DNA from: Octopus vulgaris
Lineage: Eukaryota
Direction of reading: 5' to 3'
Length of the DNA stretch: 64,000 bases
Assembly: GCA_951406725.2 (NCBI GenBank)
Contig: OX597843.1
Span: 7,316,001 to 7,380,000 of the forward strand
The notes beneath the pieces were generated by a model. It searched no databases. It was not told where the DNA came from and saw nothing but the letters and a program-made list of their open reading frames with translations. Below, in pieces: positions 44,323 to 58,609 of this stretch (position 1 is its first letter; every line of letters begins with the position of its first letter). The translations under genes were made by a program, and so were the position numbers.

Positions 44323-45540
44323 CGTGAATAAGTTCTTCGGTTCTCCATGTTGTTGTGGTTATAGTTGTTATGACCTGTAGAATGTGTCCGTCTGTCCGTC
44401 CGTGTGTGTTTGGGTGTGTGTGTCTGTATTCGAATATATGGTCGTGCGTATGCGTGTGTGCATAGTTTTGTGTGTGTGTGTGTGTGTTTGTATGTATTTA
44501 TGCACGTGTGTGCGCCTGTTTTATACACTCGTATATGTGTGTATGCTTTTACATATATATATATATATTCGTGTTTGTGTATGCGTGTTTATATATATAT
44601 TTGTGTATATATCTATGTGTGTATGTGTATGCATATATATTTATGTATATGTGTATGTGTGTGTTTATATATATGTGTGTGTGTATGTATGTGTGTGTTT
44701 GTGTGTGTGTGTGTGTTTATATATATCTACATATAATATATATACACTCATATACTTATGTGTATATCTGTGTCTTCGAGAATATGTTATTCCTGTTATT
44801 TTTAATAGTGTTTGTGTTTTTGTTGTTATAGCAGAATGCATGTGTGTGTGTGTGTGTGTGTGTTTGTTGTGAAAATGTGTGGTTTTCTCGTTCGGGTCAG
44901 GCGAGGTGAATCTGCAGATTTCTTGGCGACAAGCTGGCGCCGTCACTTATACACCAACCATGTGTTGGAAACGCAGAGAAAACATCTTGAGAAAGGCAAC
45001 ACCTCTGTCTTCCATCTCCCCACCTCCCCTTCTCTCTCCCCTCTCTCACTCACTTCCTCGTTCTCTCTGTCTCTCCCTCTCCATCTTTCTCTCTCTCTCT
45101 TATCCGTTTCTTTCGCGTTTGCCCTCTTTCTTTCTCATTGCCTTCTCCTCCATCGTCGCCATATGTTTGGAAGTCAAGAGAACATCTTGCGAAAGCTAAC
45201 ACCTCTCTTTTCTCTCTTTCTTTCTCTCTCTATCTCTCTATGTCTATCACTACCTCTACCCGCCCCGCCCCATTGCCACTTCTATTACCATGTGTTTGGT
45301 ATTTAGTGAAAACATCTTGAAGAAACCAACACCTTTGTCTTTCATTCTTTCTTTCATTCATTCGTTCTTTCTTTCGTTCTTTCTTTCGTCCTTCTTTCTG
45401 TCTGCCTATCTGTTTGTCCGTATCACACACACACACACACTCTCTCTCTCTCTCTCTCTGAATGAATGAACCTTCTCTCTGTAAGTTACGCTACCTCTCT
45501 CTCTTTTTCTCGCTATCTCTTTCTCTCTCACTTTCCTACG

Positions 45541-45593
<53 letters not shown>

Positions 45594-46291
45594 GCTCTTT
45601 CTCGCTCCCTCTTGCTCTCTCTCTCTCTTTCTCTCTCTCTCTTTCTGATTCTCTCTAAGCATCTCTCTCCCTTTCGACCTATATCTTTCTCCGCACAATT
45701 CTCTCACTATTCTTTCTCTCTCTCATTATCTCTCTTCCTTCTCCCTCTCTCTCTTTCCTATTCTCTCTCTCTCTTTCTGTCTCTCTAAAGATCTTTCTGC
45801 AACCCTCTGTCTCTAAGTCTCTATATCTTTCTCCGCTCAGTTCTCTCTCCATTCTCTCTCTTTTGTCTCTCTCTCTCTCTCTCTTATTGTCTATCCCCCT
45901 CTCTTTCTTTCTCTCTCTCTCTCCCTTCCTCTCATCCTCTGCCCTCAACACAGACTGTTTGTATCACACACACACACACACACACACAAATTCGGCTTCA
46001 TTCCGTCGGTTGCAACGACGAGTGTTCCGATTGAGGGTAGCGACATCAAACTTCCTTATTCACCAAATGTCACATATCAGAGGAGACTCTCAAGAATAAC
46101 AGTGCAGCAGAACGGCGATGCCCCAGCATGGCCGCAACTTTGATTTGAGCTGAAACGATAACAGAAAAAAGGATATATATATACATATGTGTGTGTGTAC
46201 TTATATATGTATGTGTGCGTGTGTGCATGTATGAATGTATGTATGTATATATATATATATATATATATATACATACATACATATATATGTA

Positions 46292-46366
<75 letters not shown>

Positions 46367-46382
46367 CATACATATATATGTA

Positions 46383-46435
<53 letters not shown>

Positions 46436-46488
46436 CATATATATACATATATACATACATATATATACATATATACATACATACATAT

Positions 46489-46529
<41 letters not shown>

Positions 46530-46535
<6 letters not shown>

Positions 46536-48121
46536 GAGATAGGGGTTATGAGTGTAACCCACTATGGGATATCATTTATCCAATATACTGCCAGTAAAGT
46601 ACCCAGAAAGGTTAATACATAAATGCTAAGAATTGCAATGCAATTAATTCATTTATTGTATTATATGGGCGAGTGTAAAATGTTTTACCTCAAATTCATA
46701 ATACAAAATAAGAAAATGAAGGAATAAATTTCCTTCAGTCATCAAGTACTAGATAATACCAATTCATATAATTTATTAACTAATTGTTTAGGAACATCCA
46801 GATCAAACAGAATAATACAGAATAAAACAGTACACATCAATAAGCAAGATAATACCATATGAACAATACATATAAATATAAAATGGATCTTACAGCTGTT
46901 TCAGCCTGTAGATAAGAGTATCTCATTATGCTCATATTAGTCAGATGTATTGAGGTAATATGCATTTATGAATGAGTTACTTATATATATATATATCTCA
47001 AGGCCTCGTCAGAGATTATAAAGTACAATTATAAAGGTATAAAATGAAGATATAAAGTGCAAATATGAATATTAGAGAAGGTACACATATACAAGAATAA
47101 GTATATATACATATATACATATACATATAAGTGTATATACACCTACAAATACATATATATATATAAGTATATACACAATAATATACATACACATAAGGTA
47201 ACAGTTAATCAAATCTATATACTAGAATATACATACATACATATATCCGCATTAAAGTGTACATATACATAGTCCAGAGTTCATTGTATTACATTACAAA
47301 AGGCTATTAATATTATTATTATTATTATTATTAATAATAATACCAATAAAGTAATATGTGCATTCTGCTATTCACAATACATAGTAGATGGAAAATACCG
47401 CATAAAATACAGCATCAGCATCATATAATACAACGAGTATATATACTGCCAGTAAATTACTTAATTCAATATAATATATTCAATAAAAAAATGCCAAATA
47501 ATGTATAATGTCATTATAAATATATATTATACATCTAAAAACGACAATTTAGTGTAAATCCACATACATATATATACACACAAGTACCAACTAACGTGTA
47601 CATGTATATACATACATGCGCAACAGCATCCATCAATACATATACATATATAAAGGAAAATTATTCTTTTACATCATACAAAATAAACATCTATGCATGT
47701 ATATACATACAGTTCGCAGGTCAAAAGGTGAGTGACAGTTCTTAACAGGCTGGTAGATAATTTAAAAAGTCAAAGCTCAATTCAATTGGTTGGCACATTT
47801 GAATTTCATTGTCTTAGTTAAGATACACTTGCTTAAGATACATACATACAGATATGCGCTCATACACACGCACACATAGATAAATATAAGCACGAAAATA
47901 CAAACTTTCATACGTACAAACATACATACATACGTATATATCAATATATATACATATGTATTGTTCTTATGGTATTATCTTACTTATTGATGTGTACTGA
48001 TTTATTCTGTATTATTCTGTTTGATCTGGATGTTCCTAAATAATTAGTTAATGAATTATATGAATTGGTATTATCTAGTAGTTGATGATTGAAAGAAATT
48101 TATTCCTCCATTTTCTTATTT

Positions 48122-48124
<3 letters not shown>
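46530..48124 (-). mobile_element. Putative non-autonomous Penelope-like element remnant with ~170-bp inverted repeat
   Basis: 46703-46873 is inverted at 47954-48124; it contains a hammerhead motif and is bounded by (TA)n. The segment 46530-46640 recurs inverted at 32060-32172. No RT ORF was seen, so the class is inferred. Confidence 0.55.
46887..47016 (-). ncRNA. Type I hammerhead ribozyme motif with ~100-nt stem II insert
   Basis: AUCU-CUGACGA-GGCCUUGAGAUA..UAUCUACAGGCU-GAAA-CAGCUG-UA^-AGAU. Confidence 0.68.
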
Positions 48125-48156
<32 letters not shown>

Positions 48157-48184
48157 CTATATATATATATATATATATATAATA

Positions 48185-48571
48185 GCAGGCGTGGTTGTGT
48201 AGTAAGTAGCTTGCTTACCAACAACATGGTTCTGGGTTCAGTCCCACTGCGTGGCACCTTGGGCAAGTGTCTTCTACTATAGCCTCGGGCCGACCAAAGC
48301 CTTGTGAGTGGATTTGGTAGACGGAAACTGAAAAGAAGCCCGTCGTCTAAATGTGTATGGCTGTGTGTGCGTGTGTGTCTTTGTGTCTGTGTTTGTCACT
48401 ACCACCATCACTTGACAACTGATGGTGGTGTGTTTACGTCCTCGTAACGTAGCCGTTCGGCAAAAGAGCCCAATGGAATAAGTACCAGGTTTACAAAGAA
48501 TAAGTCCAGGACTAAAAGGCGGTGCTCCAGTATGGCCGCAGTCAAATGACTAAAACAAGTAAAAGAATAAA

Positions 48572-48573
<2 letters not shown>
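48185..48573 (+). mobile_element. SINE family A, near full-length
   Basis: Same head, core and tail as the other copies. Confidence 0.9.
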
Positions 48574-48628
<55 letters not shown>

Positions 48629-48872
48629 CATACATAAGTGAGTTTGGATGGATATATTGTCCGGGCCGATATCGTGTTGGCCCTCAGTTAAGTTCCATTT
48701 AATGGCTAACCACAACGATCAATATTGATCGTCTGTGACTAAAATTCGTTATTAGTCACTCTGTGACATCTTCCTATTGTGTAATTTCCGTGTACGCTGG
48801 GCGGTAAAAATTTTCTGGAGTATATATTAATATTAATAATAAAAGTAATCAAATATTACATTTAATTGAAAT

Positions 48873-49898
48873 TTAATCATCAATGTACTTTCCCTGATTA
48901 TCTATGACTTCCTTCCATCTATTTACAATTTTTTTAATCCTATCAATGTAAAACTCTTTTGGTTTCAAAGCGAAGAACTCTGAAATGTCGGTTTCGACCT
49001 CCTCATGGCTTGCGACAGTTATGTCCCCCAAATGATTCTGTAAACTACGAAACAAATGGTATTCAGAAGGAGCAAGGTCGAGAGAATAAGGTGGATGAGG
49101 AATGTTTTCCCAACCAAGTTCTTCGATCTTCTGTGATGTGACCTTTGCAGTGTGGGGTCGCACATTGTCCTGATGAAACATCACTCCTTTTCGATTCACT
49201 AAGGTGGGTCTTTTTCCTTCAAAGCTTGGTTCAAACACTCTAATTGCTGACAGTAGACTTGAGCATAGATTGTTGCATTAGGTAGTAACAATTCAAAGTG
49301 AATTCCACCTTTGCAATCCCACAAGACAGAGAGAAGGACCTTATCCCCATGAAGTTCTCTTCTCAGTTGTGATTGAGCTTTTTCCCTTTTACCAAGCCAC
49401 TGTTTACGACTTTTAACATTTCGACAGAAGATACATTTTTCGTCACCAGTCACAAGTCTATCCAAAAAGGGTGAAATGAGTTCGCGAGAATGGAGAGAAG
49501 AGTAGATGTCAATTCGGGATTTGCGGTTGCTTTCGCACAATTCATGAGGCACCCGTTTACCAAGCTTAGGAACCTTTCCAAGTTGTTGAAGATGACGATG
49601 AACAGTTGTATGGTTTGAACTAAGCTTTATTGCCAATTCTTCAACTGATAATGCAGGATTTTCTTCAAGTAATGACTCAAGGAGCTTATCATCCAACTCG
49701 ACTGGTCGTCCTGTTCGATCTTCATCTTCAAGGCTGAAATCTCCACTTCTAAGTTTTGCAAACCATCTTCTGCAAGTTCTTTCATTCGAGCATTCTTTCC
49801 CATAAACTGAGTGTATGTTTCGAGTCGCTTCGGCTGCAGAGTTTCCTTTTTTGTACTCGTAAAGCATTGTGCTTCAAATGCTCTTTGGATACTTTCAT
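48873..49898 (-). pseudogene. Mariner (Mos1/Hsmar-like) transposase pseudogene with two frameshifts
   Basis: MKVSKEHLKH/MLYEYKKG..CRRWFAKLRSGDFSLEDEDRTGRP..RVPHEL..LVTGDEK..LKEK/RPTLVNRKGVMFHQDNVRPH..HPPYSLDLAPSEYHLFRSLQ..RWKEVIDNQGKYIDD*. Frameshifts lie near 49868 and 49210. Confidence 0.96.
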
Positions 49899-50050
49899 GT
49901 CAAAAAAGGTTTTAATCAAAGAAATTTTAATTCTATTATTCTGAAAAATAATATGTAATTAGTTTAAATGTACACAAATGCATAAAAATAATTTTAAATT
50001 CCATTAGACATTCTAAAATACAATTAATTTCATTCAATTTTAATAAAGGT

Positions 50051-50078
50051 AAAAATCGGACAGAACTTATGGGATGAC

Positions 50079-50082
<4 letters not shown>
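50051..50082 (-). mobile_element. 5' TIR of the mariner element
   Basis: tcaggtcatcccataagttctgtccgattttt abuts a TA in a (TA)n tract; no matching 3' TIR was found near 48800. Confidence 0.8.
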
Positions 50083-50129
<47 letters not shown>

Positions 50130-50190
50130 TATATATACATATATATATATATGCATGTATATACATATATATGCATACATATATATATAT

Positions 50191-50244
<54 letters not shown>

Positions 50245-50456
50245 CACATATATATATATAAAGTTAATCCAAACATAAAAACACAAAGAGAAAATACAAC
50301 AACGCGAGTATTATTGGACGCTCAGGAAGGAAGGGAAGAAGGAGGGTTTAATGTTTCGAGCGGAGCTCTTCGTCGGAAACATAGGAGAAGGAAAGATCCA
50401 TAGAAGGGAAGACGGAGGGAAAAAATCCCCAACGGTACACACGCGGTCACACACAG

Positions 50457-50536
<80 letters not shown>

Positions 50537-50776
50537 TTTTTTTCTTTTACTTGTTTCAGTCATTTGACTGCGGCCATGCTGGAGGACTGCCTTTTAGTCT
50601 AGCAAATCGACCCCAGGACTTATTCTTTGTAATCTTAGTACTTATTCTATCGATCTCTTCGCCAAACCACTAAGTTACAGGGATGTAAATACAGCAGCAT
50701 CGGTTGCCAAGCGATGGTGGGACGACAAACACAGACGTAAAGATACACACACACATACATACATATATGTATGTGT

Positions 50777-50823
<47 letters not shown>

Positions 50824-51390
50824 CGTCTACCGAACTGAATCATTAGGCTTTGGTCGGCCTGAGGCTGTAGTAGAAGATACTTACCTAAGGTGCCACGCAG
50901 GTGGGACTGAACCCAGAACCACGTGGCTGGGAAGCAAACTTCCTATCGTACAACCAACCTGCGCCAAACAGTATATATATACATATATATATAAAAAAGG
51001 CTTCTTTCAGTTTCCGTCTACTAGATCCACTTACAAAGCTTTGTTCGGCCTGACGCTATACTAGAAGACACTTGCCCAAGGTGTCACAAAGTGGAACTGA
51101 ACCAGGCACCATGTGGGCGTGAAGAGGGCTTCTTGCCACACAGCCACGCCTAAGGAAAGATTTTAAAATTTCTTTACGTAGTCACAACAGTTTTTCTGAA
51201 ATTAAAAATCTTTAATTAGGATTTTAAAAAAATAAAAAAATTAATAATTTAAAAGACGCATAATACAGTCGTGTTTTAAAATCCGTCTTTTTTTACAGAT
51301 ATTTTTTTATTGATTTTTAATTTCAGAAAATTTCCTACCAAACGTGCATGCGCTAACAAACATATGTATGCTTGAATGAATGAATGTATG

Positions 51391-51431
<41 letters not shown>

Positions 51432-51726
51432 AAAAATATATATAAAAATACAAAATGGGACAAGAATGCAAAACATTCAAATAGACGATACAAAAAACGG
51501 ACGGGTCATTCGAAGCCTCTATTCTTCAGTCAGGAACCGGTTCATCCTTGCAATTTCGACTGATTAATCTTGAGATCGGTCCGATCCGGCCAGCCCCAAG
51601 GAAAAACTAAGCTACGAGCATTAGATTTCTTGGAAAAAGGATCGAATGTATACGAAACAAGGACAGATATATATATATATATATATACATATATATATAC
51701 ATATATAATGTATATGTGTGTATGTA

Positions 51727-51780
<54 letters not shown>

Positions 51781-51932
51781 TACATATAATATTTATAAAA
51801 TACATACATACGTACATATATATATATATATATATAAATATATATATATATACATAGGTAGGTAGATAGCGAGATAGATATGTTAAAACACACACGCACA
51901 TACATACATACACACACACATACCTACATATA

Positions 51933-51987
<55 letters not shown>

Positions 51988-52182
51988 GGAGATGTACTCG
52001 CATAGCAAGTAATTTGATCTGAGAGTGCTGAAACGAAAACAATTGCAGCGTGGAAGGTGTTTCTAAGCCATTTAAGAAACACACAAAAGCCGTTCGATTC
52101 ACTTCAACATTTAAGTTTAATTTGTCAAAATATTTTCGTCGCTAAAATCCGCGACCTGTTCACTGACAAAGTCCGTGCTGCA

Positions 52183-52250
<68 letters not shown>

Positions 52251-52502
52251 AATATTAGGGAATAAATCCAAATTTACAGGGAAAAATCAGATTTAGGATT
52301 GAATCTAATTTTATAGTAAAATATAATATAATATTATTAGAGACCAAACCACTATTATGCAAATCAAACAAAGAAAGACTTAATCCAATACATAAAAAAT
52401 TTTATATAAATATCTTAACTATATTTAATTTATATAAAATTTTTTATGTATTGGATTAAGTCTTTCTTTGTTTGATTTGCATAATAGTGGTTTTGTCTCT
52501 AA

Positions 52503-52599
<97 letters not shown>

Positions 52600-52726
52600 C
52601 ATACGTACATGATTATTAATTTGAAATTGAATCAAACACACACATATATATAGTATAGAAACAGATAGGTATATTATATTAAATATATAAATATATATAT
52701 AATCAGAAATATAAAATTTCTAAATA

Positions 52727-52792
<66 letters not shown>

Positions 52793-53181
52793 ATATAATA
52801 TACATGTATGTGTATATATATCTATATACATACATGTGTATGTTCATATGTGTTTTTGTGTTTTCGTAAATAACGATTAAAATGAGTAACCAATATGAGG
52901 TTTGTGAGTGAGCGACCTGTTTAATATTCCAGTGCTGATAATATGATGCCAATGGTTTCATGCAAATAAAAGTCGAAGCCATATTCTCTTTTTCTTCTCT
53001 CTTTCTTTTCTTTTCTTTTCTTTCAAATATGCTTTTATTTCATCCAAATTGTCCGAGCGGTTATCGTCATTCTTTCCACACAAGAATGATTGCGACCATA
53101 TTTGCAAGAGACCGCATACACCTTATTAACCCGAGGCAGCTATTAACATATAGATGTATGTGTATGTGTGTGTGTGTGTGT

Positions 53182-53225
<44 letters not shown>

Positions 53226-53454
53226 TTCAAATTTACAGAAAACAAATGAGGGACAAGAAGCAGGTGTATAAGTTTAACGTTCAGGAATGGAAAAGTCATT
53301 GATGTTTCCAGTCTATGCTCTTCGACAGAAACGAATAAGAGAAAATATATCGACAAAGAATGGGAATAAACGGAGAAAGAGAGGGCAAATGTATAGGGAT
53401 TAACGCTTCTATATATGTGTGTGTATAAATATATATGTGTATATATATATGTAT

Positions 53455-54153
53455 TGGCTGTGTGGTAAGTAGCTTGCTAACCAACCACATGGTTCTGGGT
53501 TCAGTCCCATTGCATGGCATCTTGGGCAAGTGCCTTCTGCTATAGCCCCGGGCCGACCAATGCCTTGTGAGTGGATTTGGTAGACGGAAGCTGAAAGAAG
53601 CCTGTCGTATATATGTATATATATATATGTATGTGTGTGTGTTTGTGTGTCTGTGTTTGTCCCTCTAGCATTGCTTGACAACCGATGCTGGTGTGTTTAC
53701 GTCCCCCGTCACTTAGCGGTTCGGCAAAAAGAGACCGATAGAATAAGTACTGGGCTTACAAAAAGAATAAGTCCCGGTGTCGAGTTGCTCAACTAAAGGC
53801 GGTGCTCCAGCATGGCCGCAGTCAAATGACTGAAACAAGTAAAAGAGTAAAAGAGTATACTCTTTTACTCTTTTACTCTTTTACTAGTTTCAGTCATTTG
53901 ACTGCGGCCATGCTGGAGCACCGCCTTTAGTCGAGCAACTCGACACCGGGACTTATTCTTTGCAAGCCCAGTACTTATTCTATCGGTTTTATATCGGACA
54001 ACCAGCATCGGTTGTCAAGCACAGCGGTACAAACACAGACACACAAACACATACACATACATATATACGACAGGCTTCTTTCAGTTTCCGTCTACCAAAT
54101 CCACTCACAAGGCTTTGGTCGGCCCGGGGCTATAGTAGAAGACACTTGCCCAA
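53455..54153. mobile_element. Tail-to-tail inverted pair of SINE A copies
   Basis: The plus copy 53455-53855 and the minus copy 53860-54153 meet at the palindrome gagtatactc. Confidence 0.88.
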
Positions 54154-54178
54154 GATATATATATATATATATATACAC

Positions 54179-54228
<50 letters not shown>

Positions 54229-54335
54229 CATATTCAGGGTGAATACTTGATAACTGTAAGCACCTGTATATGCCAGTTAGTGGTGTAGGTGATAGAGTTT
54301 ATTTATCAAAAGAAAAACAGGATGCAAAGGATTTA

Positions 54336-54422
54336 GCGGTACATATGTTTCTGGCTGTATTAGACAGTTTATATCAATGCATAATTGATGTAATATGTAT
54401 GTCAATAGCCTTCTTCAGCCGC
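54336..54422 (-). ncRNA. Type I hammerhead ribozyme motif (left arm of palindrome)
   Basis: GCGG-CUGAAGA-AGGCU..AGCCA-GAAA-CAUAUG-UA^-CCGC. Confidence 0.68.
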
Positions 54423-54637
54423 GCACAATTACCACACCAAGGACATGTATTACATTATAAGTTTGGGAAAAAGACGATTTTCGTTGGGGATGCTAATCCT
54501 CATAATCGTATATACTCGAGTGAAAAACGGTATGGACGCTTTGTTTTTGTTTTGGTGTCTCGCTCTGCTGTATACGACTATGAGGATTTGCATCCCCAAC
54601 GAAATTCGCCTTTTTCCCAAAAGTGTGGTAATTGTGC

Positions 54638-54725
54638 GCGGCTGAGGAAGGCTATTGACATACATATTACATCAATTATGCATTGATATAAACTGTCTAA
54701 TAAAAGCCAGAAACATATGTACCGC
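54638..54725 (+). ncRNA. Type I hammerhead ribozyme motif (right arm of palindrome)
   Basis: GCGG-CUGAGGA-AGGCUAUUGACA..UGUCUAAUAAAAGCCA-GAAA-CAUAUG-UA^-CCGC. Confidence 0.68.
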
Positions 54726-54753
54726 TAAATCCTTTGCATCCTGTTTTTTCTCT

Positions 54754-54798
<45 letters not shown>

Positions 54799-54814
54799 AA
54801 TATGTATGTATATG

Positions 54815-54869
<55 letters not shown>

Positions 54870-55244
54870 TCTTTTACTTGCTTCAGTCATTTGACTGCGG
54901 CCATGCTATAACACCGCCTTTAGTCGAGCAAATCGACCCCAGGACTTATTCTTTCTAAGCCTAGTACTTATTTATCGGTCTCTTTTGCCGAACCACAAAG
55001 TTACGGGGACGTAAACACACCAGCATCGGTTGTCAAGCAATGTTAGGGGGACAAATACTGACACGCAAACATATACACACACACACACACACACACGCAC
55101 ACACACACACATATATATATATATGTATATATATATACAACGGGCTTCTTTCAGTTTCCGTCTACCAAATCCACTCACAAGTGAGACTGAACCCAGAAAC
55201 ATGTGGTTGGTAAGCTCGCTACCTACCACATAGACACTCCTGCG

Positions 55245-55289
<45 letters not shown>

Positions 55290-55923
55290 GTTTTTTTATT
55301 TACAATTGGCAGATGTTACAGTGTTACTCTGGAAGCGATAATTTCGTCTATGTCTTATTTGCTAAGTGCCACTAACGAAATTCTAGGCCCTTGCGTTACT
55401 CAGTAACTTCTCATGGTTCCGGGTTCAGTCCTACTGCGTGGCATCTTGGGTAAGTGTCTTCTGCTATAGCCTCGGGCCGGCCAAAGCCTTGTGAGTGGAT
55501 TTGGTAGACAGAAAATGAAAGAAGCCCGTCGTATATATGTATAATTATATATATACATATACATACATATATACATGTATGTGTGTGTTTGTGTGTCTGT
55601 GTTTGTCTTCCTAACATCGCTTGACAACCGATGCTGGTGTGTTTACGTCCCCGTAACTTAGTGGTTCGGCAAAAGAGGCCGATAGAATAAGTACTAGGCT
55701 TACAAAGAATAAGTCCTGGCGTCGATTTGCTCGTCTAAAGGCGGTGCTCCACCATAGCCGCATTCAAATGACTGAAACAAGTAAAGTAGTAATAGAGTGT
55801 ATATATATGTGCGTGTGTGTGTGCGTGTGTGTATAAAACCAATTATAAACAAGGGCAAAAGAAAAAAGATTTCTCTGCCAATATACTGAGAATGGACTTT
55901 AAATCGTCAGTCACAACATTACA

Positions 55924-55966
<43 letters not shown>

Positions 55967-55968
55967 GT

Positions 55969-56021
55969 TGCTTCATCGGACATGTCCTCAGCCACACTCA
56001 CTTGCTACGCCGATGATACAA
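55969..56021 (+). pseudogene. Tiny non-LTR reverse transcriptase fragment (YADD box)
   Basis: Reads ASSDMSSATLTCYADDT and is cut off just before the adjacent Helitron. Confidence 0.5.
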
Positions 56022-56032
56022 ATGTATATATA

Positions 56033-56416
56033 CTAGCAGTATCGCCCGGCGTTGCTCAGGTTTGTAAGGGAAATAACTATAAAGCATTTTTAGAGAGTTA
56101 TAGCCAGAAAATAGCAAAAAAATGGAAAAAAATTATGGTAAATTTTTTTTGAGAGTGAAAAAAGGTGGAGTTTCGTCCCCTAGACAGTTTGCGGTTTGTG
56201 TTTCTGATTCTCGACCCCATGTCGAATTTATCGATTTTTTTCAGAACTGGTGAAACTTTTCAAAATTTTCGCTACGTTAGTTTTGAATTATGACATTGGG
56301 CTATGTGTGTGTCAAGTTTCATCAGAATCGGTTGAAAGCCGTGGCCAGGGTGAGGGTACAAGAAAACAGACACACAGAAACACGCACAGACAAACTGCCG
56401 TTTATATAGAGAGAGA
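56033..56416 (-). mobile_element. Complete non-autonomous Helitron (~384 bp)
   Basis: The minus strand reads A|TCtctctctatataaacggcag..cctgagcaacgccggg..ctgCTAG|T, giving a TC start, subterminal hairpin, CTAG end and AT target. Confidence 0.88.
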
Positions 56417-56741
56417 TGTATGTATATACACATGTATGTATGTCATTATATAGATATATTTGTATTTATATATATGTATATATATATACATACATGCATA
56501 TATATGTATATATATATGTATTTGTATATATATATGTATTTGTATTTATATATATGTATATATATATACATACATACATATATATGTATATATAGATATA
56601 TGTATATATATATATGTATTTGTATTTATATATATATAAAATATATAATATATACAGAGAGCGAGAGAGAGATAAACAGATAGTGAGATACATACATACA
56701 TATATAAACAGACAGACAGATAGATAGACAAACAGACAGAC

Positions 56742-56852
<111 letters not shown>

Positions 56853-57238
56853 TAGACAGAAAGATAGACAGACAGACAGATAGATAGATATGCACGCACA
56901 TACATTAATACGCACAAAGATAAATACACACATGTATAAACACAGACACATATATGTATACACACACACACACCCGTATCCCATCGCTATAAACACTGCC
57001 ATCTGTGTGCAGCTCTGATAGACACCATATGCGCAGTCCCTGTGCATCCACGTAACAACTGCAAATGATATATGCGTGTGTGTGAAACAGCAGCCGTTGT
57101 GTTGGAGCTTGCTGGCTTGTTGAGGGTGGTGGGCGACCGGGTATGCAACCGGGTGGTGTTACTCGGCTAGATAGTGTACCCGGCCTTGATTTATGGCTTC
57201 CCGTTCGTATTCACATTGCAGGGCTGGCCAACACCATG

Positions 57239-57410
<172 letters not shown>

Positions 57411-57440
57411 CAATCAGCCACATCAGACGTTGTGTGTGTG

Positions 57441-57510
<70 letters not shown>

Positions 57511-57549
57511 ACCTATATATGTCTCTCTCTCTCTGTCTGTCTGTCTGTC

Positions 57550-57605
<56 letters not shown>

Positions 57606-58115
57606 CATACATAATTTACAAAATAGGGCAAAACAAAAAAATTTAATGCCAAATATGCGGAAAAAAAAAAAAAAAGTTATTATTTATGCGTCTCGAAACA
57701 AACCGATAGAAATTTCTAAAAAATTCGTTATTACCGAATTGGTCCCAATTTCGGGGTTAATATAACTAATCTACATTAGTTGCCTCGGGTCGACCAATGC
57801 CTTGTGAGTGGATTTGGTAGACGGAAACTGAAAGAAGCCCGTCGTATATATGTATATATATGTATGTGTGTGTGTGTGTTTGTCCCCCCAACATCGCTTG
57901 ACAACCGATGCCGGTGCGTTTACGTCTCTGTAGCTTAGCGGTTCGGCAAAAGAGACCGATAGAACAAGTACTGGGCTTACAAAAGAATAAGTCGCGGGGT
58001 CTAGTTGCTCTATTAAAGGCGGTGCTCCAGCATGGCCGCAGTCAAATGACTGAAACAAGTAAAAGACTAAAACAGTATATATATATATATATATATACAT
58101 ACATACATACATACA

Positions 58116-58219
<104 letters not shown>

Positions 58220-58490
58220 TATGCATACACATACATATATATATATGTTTAAAAAGATTTGGATGAAACCCTTGTTGGATGCTGTGCAAAGCTCCTCCTC
58301 AGTTATTGGCCATCTGATGTCATCATGCAATGGAACTACATCTGGATGTATGTCATGAATTTCTTAGGACTGGTTCCTGTTTCAGTCCCACTGCGTGGCA
58401 CCTTGGGCAAGTGTCTTCTACAATATCCTCTCACTGACCACAGCCTTCTGAGTGGATTTGGTAGACGGAAACTGAAAGGAGCCTGTCGTT

Positions 58491-58551
<61 letters not shown>

Positions 58552-58576
58552 GTGTGTGTGTGTGTGTGTATGTATT

Positions 58577-58609
<33 letters not shown>

